Positions 8,405 to 16,630 of a stretch of DNA of 32,000 nucleotides are shown piece after piece. Under the pieces are notes generated by a model that saw only the letters and a program-made list of their open reading frames with translations, did not search any database and was not told the origin of the DNA. Origin of the DNA: Haloquadratum walsbyi C23 (lineage in GTDB: Archaea > Halobacteriota > Halobacteria > Halobacteriales > Haloferacaceae); assembly GCF_000237865.1 (NCBI RefSeq), contig NC_017459.1, positions 720,001 to 752,000 of the forward strand, written 5' to 3'. Position 1 is the first letter of the stretch, and every line of letters begins with the position of its first letter. Position numbers and translations under genes: made by a program.

Positions 8405-9148
8405 ATGCGACACACGCGTTTGGCACTCGTTTCCGTACTTTCGACACTGGCGCTTGGGGCGGTCGCCATGCCGGTCGCTGCGCAGTCATCAGCCAGTGCC
8501 GAGTTGATCAATGGATTGAACGGAAAGCTACTGTATGTTGGAGTCCCGATTACGATTCTTGTTGAAGCGATTCTGATTTATACCGTCATGAAGTTCCGGA
8601 ATAATGACGATCCAACGCCAACTCAAGAGAATCGTCGACTTGAGATCACATGGACTGTTGCGACGGCACTTATTTTATTATTTGTTGGCGTTGCCTCATA
8701 TGGTGTTCTCGCAAATGAAAATATTACATATCAACCGCAGGCAGAAAACGCTGCAGGCGAAGCTGTCAATGGCGAACAGCAAAAGCCGGTTGTTGTTCGT
8801 GCAGAGGCATATCAATGGGGATGGGAAATGTCATATCCCGAAGCTGGAAACTTCACTAATGGGAACACAATGGTCGTTCCTGAAGACCGTCCGGTCGTCA
8901 TTCGAACGACCTCTCGTGATGTGATCCATGGCTTCCATGTGCCAAAGATGGCATTAAAACAGGATTCGATGCCAGGACAGGTTAATTCCATTAAGACCGT
9001 CCCATATGAGACTGGCAGTTACCAGGGATACTGTACACAGTTCTGTGGTGTTGCACACTCACAGATGTACTTCACTGTTGATGTTGTCTCACAGGATGAA
9101 TATCAACAATGGCTTGACACTCAACAAAAGAACGCTGATAGCTCATAA
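8405..9148 (+). CDS. coxB: cytochrome c oxidase (heme-copper oxidase) subunit II
   Basis: Signal or anchor peptide (ALVSVLSTLALGAVAMPVAAQ) and two TM segments. The CuA centre reads HGFHVP...CTQFCGVAHSQM (H...C-x3-C-x3-H-x2-M). Confidence 0.9.
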   Translation: MRHTRLALVSVLSTLALGAVAMPVAAQSSASAELINGLNGKLLYVGVPITILVEAILIYTVMKFRNNDDPTPTQENRRLEITWTVATALILLFVGVASYGVLANENITYQPQAENAAGEAVNGEQQKPVVVRAEAYQWGWEMSYPEAGNFTNGNTMVVPEDRPVVIRTTSRDVIHGFHVPKMALKQDSMPGQVNSIKTVPYETGSYQGYCTQFCGVAHSQMYFTVDVVSQDEYQQWLDTQQKNADSS

Positions 9149-9169
9149 CTGACGCCAGTTCATTACAAC

Positions 9170-9709
9170 TCAGTCTGTCTGGGTCTGTGGGTTGGGATCC
9201 GGATTTGGGTCCGAGTCCGAGTCTAAGTCTATATCTGTGTCTGTTTGTGTCCTTTCTGGCTTTGATCCACGCTGTGTGAGGATTTGATCAACAATTGTCC
9301 CAGTCGAGAGAATTTCATCATCATACTGTGGATCACGTGCACTTGCTCTGACAACATCACATGCGATATCACGACCGCTAAGAGCATCGCGAACGGCGTC
9401 GATATCATGATGTTGATCATGTCCAAGGACAATAACGTCCGGTTGTAATCGTTCAATTGGAATGAAAATGTCCTCAGGATGACCAAGATGGGCAGCGGTG
9501 ACGATTTCAAGTGCATCGACGACATCGCGCCGTTGACGATCTGGCAACACTGGCTTCGGCTTATGAGTCACATTTCTGCGACGGGCAATAATCACATGTA
9601 ATTCAGTACCAAATGTCGCTGCCTCGGTTAGATAATGAATATGACCGGGATGTAAGATATCAAATGTTCCTTGCGCAATAACACATTCAGCCTCCTCTGT
9701 CATCGCCAT
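9170..9709 (-). CDS. ribL: RibL-type FAD synthase (cytidylyltransferase-fold nucleotidyltransferase) with an acidic repeat tail
   Basis: The N-terminus reads [14 protein letters not shown] (the HxGH nucleotidyltransferase motif), followed by [27 protein letters not shown], as in archaeal RibL. The tail reads [26 protein letters not shown]. Confidence 0.75.
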   Translation of the reverse strand: MAMTEEAECVIAQGTFDILHPGHIHYLTEAATFGTELHVIIARRRNVTHKPKPVLPDRQRRDVVDALEIVTAAHLGHPEDIFIPIERLQPDVIVLGHDQHHDIDAVRDALSGRDIACDVVRASARDPQYDDEILSTGTIVDQILTQRGSKPERTQTDTDIDLDSDSDPNPDPNPQTQTD

Positions 9710-10380
9710 CCCCGGTCATCATCCGTCTGCATATCGGTGTCAGTGTTCTGATTAGATTGCTGGTTCGATTGTGTTGGAGTGTCCATTTCGACATCCCAGC
9801 GACTCTGCTCTTCATCACCAGACTGTTTGGTATGATCAATATCAAGATCTGTTTCATCAAAATCAAAAAATGCCTCTGGGTCAGGAAGATCGACATCTAC
9901 CACCTCAAGTGACCGTCGATCACCGTGCTGATCAAATGCAGCCCAGTCAGTCACCTCATATGGATGACCGATAATAATATGAACGCGTCCCTTCCCGAAT
10001 GCATTCCGGTCGGTGTCGCTCGGCTTGAGTACACCGTTTGGATGTGAATGAATCGAGCCAACTGCATGACGGTCATTCGGAACCATATTTGAATCAATCG
10101 TCGCACTGGTAGGTGTTGATTGTGTTCCGGGAACGATGAGCACCTCCGTGATTACAGTCCCAGATCGGTCAAGTCCAATACGACGTGCGTCCTCACCACG
10201 AAGCAAGCCCATATACTCATTCGGGTGCGCCTCCTCTGAGGCCTCGCGTGCAAACTCTAATGCGTCAGACGCAATTCCCAACACTGCACTCGACCGGAAA
10301 AGTCGCATATTGAATCCAAAGGCAGCCTCTTCTATACACCTTTCGAGGGAGTTCTGCCCGTCACTCAGCATTTCAAACAA
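9700..10380 (-). CDS. JAMM/MPN+ metalloprotease (desampylase-like) with an acidic C-terminal extension
   Basis: The JAMM motif is complete: Glu in [11 protein letters not shown], then [14 protein letters not shown] (HxHx7Sx2D). The ORF opens at 10380, but Met at 10308 ([20 protein letters not shown]) is the more likely start. The stop TGA at 9700-9702 overlaps the ribL start. Confidence 0.85.
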   Translation of the reverse strand: MFEMLSDGQNSLERCIEEAAFGFNMRLFRSSAVLGIASDALEFAREASEEAHPNEYMGLLRGEDARRIGLDRSGTVITEVLIVPGTQSTPTSATIDSNMVPNDRHAVGSIHSHPNGVLKPSDTDRNAFGKGRVHIIIGHPYEVTDWAAFDQHGDRRSLEVVDVDLPDPEAFFDFDETDLDIDHTKQSGDEEQSRWDVEMDTPTQSNQQSNQNTDTDMQTDDDRGWR

Positions 10381-10554
10381 ATGACATTGATTATGATACT
10401 ACGGCAGTGAGTATCCACCGATAACGCAGAGATATCTCACAATTATTCTAGTGAGAATGTTGGTTGAGATCGCTGTACAATGCGGTTCTTATCTGAAAGA
10501 ATTCGACGCAGTACAAACTAAAGTCTTAACCACAACGCACTACTCAAATATAGT

Positions 10555-12489
10555 ATGACTACTGATAGCGCCGGAGATTCCGGCGACTCGCGTCCGAATT
10601 CGGGCGCCGATTCACGACCTATCGTTTATGATCTTGCCCCTAATTGTACACGTGAAGATATTGAACATGATGCGAACTATCACGCAGTGGTAAATGGGGT
10701 TGTTGAGTACGGTATTTTCATCGATATTGCGGACGATATTTCAGGACTTGTTCATGATTCAAATCTTGACCGCTCGTATGAAGTCGGTGATCGGTTGACG
10801 GTCACACTTGAGTCTGTCCGCGATAACGGTGATCTCGCATTTGATGTCTTCAATGAATCAAGCTATCAGACCGTTGTTGTTGAGCATGACCCCGAACTCA
10901 CCGCAATCGAAGAGCTTGAACCGGGAATAGATGCATATGTCGCAGGAAAGGTAACAAAAATCAAACAGACCGGTGGTCCAACAATCTTCCGAGTTGCTGA
11001 TGAAACCGGGATTGTCGCCACAGCAGCCTTTCAAGAGGCAGGAGTCCGTGCATTCCCTACGGTTGAACTTGATGACATTGTCCGTGTTGGTGGGGCTGTT
11101 GAGCCACATAACGGCTCACTTCAAATTGAAGTTGAATCACTGACGCAACTCGATGGTGCTGACGCTGAGGAAACACGAGCACGTCTCGATACTGCCTTCA
11201 CACGACGCGCCGCTCCTCCGGATGTTTCACCGCTTATTGAGTGGGATGCACTTGAACCGTTAATCGATGATCTTCGTGATGTTGCACAACTACTTCGCCG
11301 GACAGTACTTGAGGGACGACCAATTCGTATTCGTCATCATGCTGATGGTGATGGAATGTGTGCATCGGTTCCTGTCCAGCTCGCTCTTGAACGATACATT
11401 CGGGATGTGTATGATGATGATGATGCCGCACGACATCTTGTGAAGCGACTTCCGTCAAAAGCACCATTCTATGAGATGGAGGATGTCACTCGTGATCTTA
11501 ATTTCGCACTTGAGGGACGATCACGACATGGACAGCGACTTCCATTTTTATTGATGCTTGATAATGGTTCGACAGAAGAGGATGTACCCGCATACGAGAA
11601 CCTTGCACACTATGATGTGCCTACTGCAGTGATTGACCATCATCATCCTGACCCTTCAGCCGTTGATCCATTATTAGATGCTCATGTAAACCCGTATCTT
11701 CATGATGAAGATTATCGCATTACTACCGGGATGTTGTGCGTTGAACTTGCACGGATGATTGACCCATCAGTGACTGATGAGATTCAACATGTCCCTGCAG
11801 TTGCCGGGCTTGCAGACCGCTCAAAAGCGGATGCAATGGCGTCATATATTGAGTTGGCAACGACCGTTGGGTATGACCGTGATCGATTACTTGAGCTTGG
11901 TGAAGCGCTTGATTATGCTGCTCACTGGCTTCGATACAGTGATGGGCAATCAATTGTCAATGATGTATTGAACGTTGGATGCAGCGATGAATCACGACAT
12001 GCTGAGCTTGTTGATTTCCTCTCAAGTCGTGCTGAACGCGATGTTGAACGACAACTCAATGCAACCGTTCCACATCTTACGCATGACCGACTTGAGTCCG
12101 GTGCGCATCTGTATCAAATTGATCTTGATGAGTGGGCTCACCGATTCACTTATCCCGCGCCTGGAAAAACCACAGGAAAACTCCATGACCGGCAAGTCGA
12201 AGCACATGGCGAACCAGTAATTACCATTGGGTATGGTCCGGACTTTGCGGTATTACGGTCAGACGGTGTTCGGCTAGACATTCCGCGGATGGTGACCGAA
12301 CTTAACGAGGAGGTTATCGGGGGCGGTGTCTCTGGCGGCGGACATCTTGTTGTTGGGTCAATCAAATTTGTCGAAGGGATGCGTGAGGCGGTTCTTGACA
12401 GTCTTGTCACGAAGATGGGTGATGCGGAACTTGATGCAACACTTTCATCACACGCTGTTGCAGACGGTGCATCTCAAATCGACAACTGA
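10555..12489 (+). CDS. RecJ-like DHH/DHHA1 phosphoesterase with N-terminal S1-like and OB-fold domains
   Basis: The S1-like segment is HAVVNGVVEYGIFIDIADDISGLVHDSNLD and the OB segment is YVAGKVTKIKQTGGPTIFRVADETGIVATAAFQ. The DHH motifs are HHADGDGMCAS, LLMLDNGS and VIDHHHP, and the DHHA1 motif is GGGVSGGGHLVVGS. Confidence 0.8.
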   Translation: MTTDSAGDSGDSRPNSGADSRPIVYDLAPNCTREDIEHDANYHAVVNGVVEYGIFIDIADDISGLVHDSNLDRSYEVGDRLTVTLESVRDNGDLAFDVFNESSYQTVVVEHDPELTAIEELEPGIDAYVAGKVTKIKQTGGPTIFRVADETGIVATAAFQEAGVRAFPTVELDDIVRVGGAVEPHNGSLQIEVESLTQLDGADAEETRARLDTAFTRRAAPPDVSPLIEWDALEPLIDDLRDVAQLLRRTVLEGRPIRIRHHADGDGMCASVPVQLALERYIRDVYDDDDAARHLVKRLPSKAPFYEMEDVTRDLNFALEGRSRHGQRLPFLLMLDNGSTEEDVPAYENLAHYDVPTAVIDHHHPDPSAVDPLLDAHVNPYLHDEDYRITTGMLCVELARMIDPSVTDEIQHVPAVAGLADRSKADAMASYIELATTVGYDRDRLLELGEALDYAAHWLRYSDGQSIVNDVLNVGCSDESRHAELVDFLSSRAERDVERQLNATVPHLTHDRLESGAHLYQIDLDEWAHRFTYPAPGKTTGKLHDRQVEAHGEPVITIGYGPDFAVLRSDGVRLDIPRMVTELNEEVIGGGVSGGGHLVVGSIKFVEGMREAVLDSLVTKMGDAELDATLSSHAVADGASQIDN

Positions 12490-12729
12490 AATACTCGTTT
12501 CACACTTTTATCCAACCGTTTATTTAAATTACTGAGTGCGATTGTTCTGCGTCGTAATGCGATATGATAGTTGACCGGATGCCTGAATAATGTATTCTGT
12601 CCTAAATCGGCTGTCTGTCTATCAAATAAGAGCGAGAGACAATATTAGCGACAAATGAGATCTCTGCAGTGTTCCGTTTTTTAACAAACTGTTGCTGTCG
12701 GGTGACCAGATAATCCAAATCTTAACGAC

Positions 12730-13329
12730 TCAGTCGTCGAATCCACCACGATGGAGTATTTCATCAACGGGCTTTCGATCACTTGGGAACTCTCGTTCTT
12801 GTAGTTCATCAGAAAGTGTCTCTGGAGGAGCATGTTCACCGATTGCAATCATACATTCAACGCTGAATCCATCTGGGACATTGAGTTGCTCTGCTGCAGC
12901 CTCATAGTCAAGTCCCTGCATCGCGTGTGTAACGAGTCCTTGACGAGTAGCCTCAAGTGCGAGGTTCTGCCATGCTGCGCCTGTATCAAAGGAGTGAGTA
13001 CGGGCATGCTCTCCATTATGATCGAACGTTTCCTTCGACACAAGAGTGACAAGCACGCCGGCATCCTCCGCCCATTCTCGATTGGCTTCAATGAGCAGGT
13101 CAGCAAACAACTCGAATTCTTCATCTTCCCGAGTGGCGTACAGGAAACGCCAATGTTGGTTATTGTACGAAGACGGCGCCCATCGCGCTGCCTCGAAGAG
13201 CGGCATATATTGTGCTTCATCGAGTGACTCGCCCGTCATCGCTCTGGGCGACCATCGATTAACAAAAAGCGAGTCGATATCTTCTTCTGGAGCTCTATGC
13301 TCTGCGACTTCCTCTCGGAGTCCTTCCAT
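12730..13329 (-). CDS. nitroreductase-family flavoprotein
   Basis: Motifs FVNRWSPRAM, ARWAPSSYNNQHWRFLYA and GAAWQNLALEATRQGLVTHAM. The ORF opens at 13437, but that N-terminus is Cys/Ile-rich and atypical. ATG at 13327-13329 (MEGLREEVAEH...) is preferred. Confidence 0.85.
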   Translation of the reverse strand: MEGLREEVAEHRAPEEDIDSLFVNRWSPRAMTGESLDEAQYMPLFEAARWAPSSYNNQHWRFLYATREDEEFELFADLLIEANREWAEDAGVLVTLVSKETFDHNGEHARTHSFDTGAAWQNLALEATRQGLVTHAMQGLDYEAAAEQLNVPDGFSVECMIAIGEHAPPETLSDELQEREFPSDRKPVDEILHRGGFDD

Positions 13330-13551
13330 ATTATCTCTACACAGCGAACACACATATCTACCCCGAAATCCTCTCGTGAAAAAGACACTATTAATTATAC
13401 ATGTTGAATCTATATTTACAATGCTGATAAGAGACATACGACAAGCAGATTGGGTGAAGACCGATAGGTGGATTTCTTCGAGAATTTCTGTGATACTATG
13501 ATATCAGCACGAGTATCAGTTATTGATATGTTGCAGTGATATTTTCCTCTC

Positions 13552-13661
13552 ATAGTGATTAGTGCAAGTCTTTACCGCCGTGATTGTTCATGTCGGTGAT
13601 AGGAGTCGCTGAACCAGCGTCATTCGACACCGCCGGTGAAACTATTCGAACTAATCACTAT
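13552..13661. other. 110-nt element closed by a perfect 12-bp inverted repeat (ATAGTGATTAGT / ACTAATCACTAT), with internal complementary segments
   Basis: The arms are at 13552-13563 and 13650-13661. Inner pairings are possible: CGGTG 13594-13598 with CACCG 13628-13632, and GTCGCTG-AAC-CAGCGTC. It lies in the ORF-free gap 13438-14511. Confidence 0.35.
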
Positions 13662-14511
13662 CAGGCTCTTTTGTGAATCAACGACAACCCGCCGTTATAT
13701 TGTGTGTATCAACTAATACCCCCAGCATGATATGTTACAATTGTCGTGAGGGATAATCGTAGTGTCAGTATCAGTGTTTGTCCCATAATATATGTTGACG
13801 TCCGTCGTCCCTGACGACCGTCTGTCCAGTCACGTATCGCGTTCGGCTCATCGTTTGAGTCAGGATCAGAATCAAAAGCTCACACCTACAGCCTCCTTCG
13901 ACGCACCCATAGCCGGACACACTACGAAACATAAATGTTGAAATTCCAAGGGATACCACATATCCGTGTTATGGGTCTTTTCTCAAGTGACCAGCTAGGT
14001 TTAGAGATAACTGTCGAACTGATTATATCAGATGCTCGTAGATGCTGATGTATGAGATATCCCGGCTCGCGAGTCATATCTCAACGTTGTCGTCGATGTT
14101 AATCGTCGCCAGGCTTTCAATTCCAATTCTGATCCCAACACAAGATGAGTTATACCCATCACATATATAGAAATCTGACTCTCTTGCCGTTAGTGGCTGT
14201 GAGTTCAACGTGACCAGAACCTGTTCCGTTCGCATTGTGGATTGACCGGTTGGCGAACGAATACCGAAGGAATAAGCCCGAATTGCTATTTCGACACATA
14301 ATGACGCTGATGATATTCGTCTTGTATACAAATATCGAGTAACTGATGATGTGACTATTGAGCAGGCTTGGGGTGTTCCTACTGGAATAGATAATACACA
14401 CCGTGAACTCGAAACAGATGCAGACTAAGACTATCTTAATTCTCGCATCAGATGCACACCTCAAAATAAGTCCCATGCAGTTTGATTATCGAGTGTCTTC
14501 GTTTCAGTCGT

Positions 14512-16203
14512 CTAGGGATGATCTGAAAGAATAGTCGAGTACAATGCGTACCCTGCGATAATGACTGCTGCGAGGGCACCTAATGCGAGTAATACCGGTA
14601 CATACTCTGGCTCCGATTCAGTATTTACACCCCTACGAGATGCTGTGTCAGTTCCTTCATATCCCTGCCAATCGGCTATAAATACGCGGCTATAGTATGT
14701 TGCTGGCTCATCTCCAACGAGCTCGAGCACAACCTCTCGGTTTTTCGTTCCTGCGTGTTCATTCCAATTGAGACTTCCAACGAGAGCAACGCGATCATCG
14801 ATAATTGCACCTTTTGCATGAATTTTCCCGAATTGATCACCAGACGTGACAATCTGTGCACGAATTGGAAGCCCAGTTGCGTTTAGTTCAGACGCGCGAT
14901 TGACAACAGCACGATTCTTATCAGTGTCATACCATGCGTCTGAGAGCAATAATCGGACCTGAATCCCACGTTTTGCTGCATCAACAAGTGCATAAAAGTA
15001 TGGTCCTGATGGATTCATTCGCGGACTGACAACGTCAATGCGTTTTTCAGCGGTATCAATACGGCTCCGAACGGCCTCACCCGCGTTCCCTGGAGCCGTG
15101 AGAACACGAATCTCATCAACACTCATCAGTTCTGCATCAAACTGGGTTGGATACTGCCCGGTCGCTGGAAGCACCTCATTAAAGCCGATATCTGTCCGCG
15201 CTTGTGACCATGGAATGACATCATAGCCGGTACTATCATGTGCAAACACAGACGCTAATTCGCTTGCAGTGGCACGTGAGTGTGCGTGCACTCCCCATCC
15301 ACGGCTATTTTTCCCGCCGGTTCCGGCTGGTTTCCAGTTCTCTGAAAGAACAATAGCGGAATTATCGATAACAGCATATTTCGGATGATGATATGCAAAT
15401 CGTGCAGGCGTCCCAGCGAGTAACTGGACGACTATTCCATTATTACTCAACCGATTGAGCTGTGTTCGTTGCGCGGTTGAGAGTCCACCAACCGGTGACC
15501 CTTCTAATAAGACCTGAATCCGCACTCCACGGTCAGAAGCCGAAAGAAGCGCATCTGTCATTGGTGGTGATACATAAGTATACCCCGCTAGTAGTATTCG
15601 CTTATTCGCTGATTGAATCGCAGTTATCGGTATAGCCGGCGTGTCAGGCAGAACAAATGCTGTTACGTCAGCTGACCCTGTTGACATGACTGACCGAAGT
15701 TCAACACCACGCGGGATCCACTCCATACTTGTTGCATTGAGCCGTTCTCCCTCTGGTGCGTCAGAGTATGTCACTTCATGAACGCGCTCACTTTGATGAT
15801 TGAGGATAAGTTGCTCACCACCATTCGAGAGCCCAACCGCAGCCTGTCGAACGGGTATCTCAACACGCTGGCGTGTTTTATTCGGCGCTGCACTGAGTGC
15901 AACAGTCTCTCCTGGCACAACAGGAACAGTAATTATTGACTCACCATCAGTGAGCGTTAGATTACTTACACCATCGGTATCAACGACAATGAATTCGCCA
16001 ACATCATTCTCAGCAACTGGATTCGGGACAATCGTGACAATTACTGGAGTCTTTTGATCGGGTATTGATGACGTTGCCGCGGTTGCTGCGGTTGCCCCAC
16101 TTGCGACAACAATCATGATGCAGAGTATGAGCACAATAAGTATCAGCAATCGAAAATGAGAATTAAGAAGAGAATGAGCGAAAGATGATCGCCGACCGGT
16201 CAT
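14512..16203 (-). CDS. membrane-anchored phospholipase-D-superfamily enzyme with two HKD motifs and an N-terminal lamin-tail (LTD) domain
   Basis: The HKD motifs are HHPKYAVIDNSAIVLSENW and IHAKGAIIDDRVALVGSLNWN. The LTD-like segment reads VIVTIVPNPVAENDVGEFIVVDTDGVSNLTLTDG...LSNGGEQLILNHQSERVHEVTY. The N-terminal TM is FRLLILIVLILCIMIVVASG and the C-terminal TM is VPVLLALGALAAVIIAGYALY. I prefer ATG at 16201-16203 (MTGRRSSF...) over the ORF opening at 16320. Confidence 0.85.
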   Translation of the reverse strand: MTGRRSSFAHSLLNSHFRLLILIVLILCIMIVVASGATAATAATSSIPDQKTPVIVTIVPNPVAENDVGEFIVVDTDGVSNLTLTDGESIITVPVVPGETVALSAAPNKTRQRVEIPVRQAAVGLSNGGEQLILNHQSERVHEVTYSDAPEGERLNATSMEWIPRGVELRSVMSTGSADVTAFVLPDTPAIPITAIQSANKRILLAGYTYVSPPMTDALLSASDRGVRIQVLLEGSPVGGLSTAQRTQLNRLSNNGIVVQLLAGTPARFAYHHPKYAVIDNSAIVLSENWKPAGTGGKNSRGWGVHAHSRATASELASVFAHDSTGYDVIPWSQARTDIGFNEVLPATGQYPTQFDAELMSVDEIRVLTAPGNAGEAVRSRIDTAEKRIDVVSPRMNPSGPYFYALVDAAKRGIQVRLLLSDAWYDTDKNRAVVNRASELNATGLPIRAQIVTSGDQFGKIHAKGAIIDDRVALVGSLNWNEHAGTKNREVVLELVGDEPATYYSRVFIADWQGYEGTDTASRRGVNTESEPEYVPVLLALGALAAVIIAGYALYSTILSDHP

Positions 16204-16349
16204 GCTTAATCCATCGATAGAAATGTGGCGATGAGCACGAACTGGTGATGAGGTATTAGTGTCCGTCGATAATTCAAAAAGACGCATACACCCGTTGGTC
16301 TCACTTCTACAAATAAACACGAGGTTTCAGCTATTGTCTTTGTGAAATT

Positions 16350-16373
16350 GAGACTGAGACTGAGACTGAGACT
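16350..16373. repeat. (GAGACT)4 hexanucleotide microsatellite in non-coding DNA
   Basis: Four perfect tandem units read directly. The same hexamer (reading Glu-Thr) builds the coding linker of metS at 2322-2378. Confidence 0.9.
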
Positions 16374-16487
16374 TGATTATGCACTCTTATCTGCTGAGTC
16401 CGGAATAGACCTCTCCAGGTGAGCCCATCATGCCATCCAGGGGTGGAGACTGCATACGAATCGTATCTTTGTCGTCTCTGATACGAC

Positions 16488-16512
16488 ACATTACATCACA
16501 TCACATCACATT
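16488..16512. repeat. (ACATY)5 pentanucleotide tandem repeat
   Basis: ACATT ACATC ACATC ACATC ACATT, read directly. It is intergenic. Confidence 0.85.
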
Positions 16513-16562
16513 TCATTATCTTATGGCGATGTTGATTTGATTCAAGCTCTACTCACAGGATC

Positions 16563-16622
16563 GGTGACAGTGACGGTGATGGTGACTGTATCGGTAAGGG
16601 TAACGGTAATGGTAACTGTGAC
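16563..16622. repeat. Ten imperfect NGTRAY hexamer units directly 3' of the HEAT-repeat gene stop codon
   Basis: GGTGAC AGTGAC GGTGAT GGTGAC TGTATC GGTAAG GGTAAC GGTAAT GGTAAC TGTGAC. On the minus strand one frame reads VTVTITVTLTDTVTITVTVT. Confidence 0.85.
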
Positions 16623-16630
16623 GATTAGGG

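Noticed and set aside
10309-10380. 24-codon N-terminal extension of the JAMM ORF ([24 protein letters not shown])
   Set aside because: It is probably untranslated. The conserved JAMM fold starts right after Met 10308, and the extension has no counterpart that I recognise. I kept the full ORF coordinates in the feature for safety.
12692-13501. Plus-strand ORFs 12692-12907, 12832-13227 and 13046-13501
   Set aside because: All are antisense to, or overlap, the nitroreductase gene, and their composition is Ser/Cys-rich.
14306-14350. Two CTGATGA motifs suggestive of a C/D-box sRNA
   Set aside because: No CUGA D or D' boxes occur at the required 12-nt guide spacing, and there is no terminal stem.
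14074-14476. Two overlapping minus-strand ORFs (85 and 105 aa) in the non-coding gap
   Set aside because: They overlap each other in different frames, are non-acidic and Cys/Ile-rich, and have no recognisable motif. I kept them only as possible pseudogene debris (see the finding on 13438-14511).
16350-16622. Tandem repeats considered as a possible CRISPR array
   Set aside because: The units are 5-6 nt with no spacers, and there are no cas genes. These are microsatellites.
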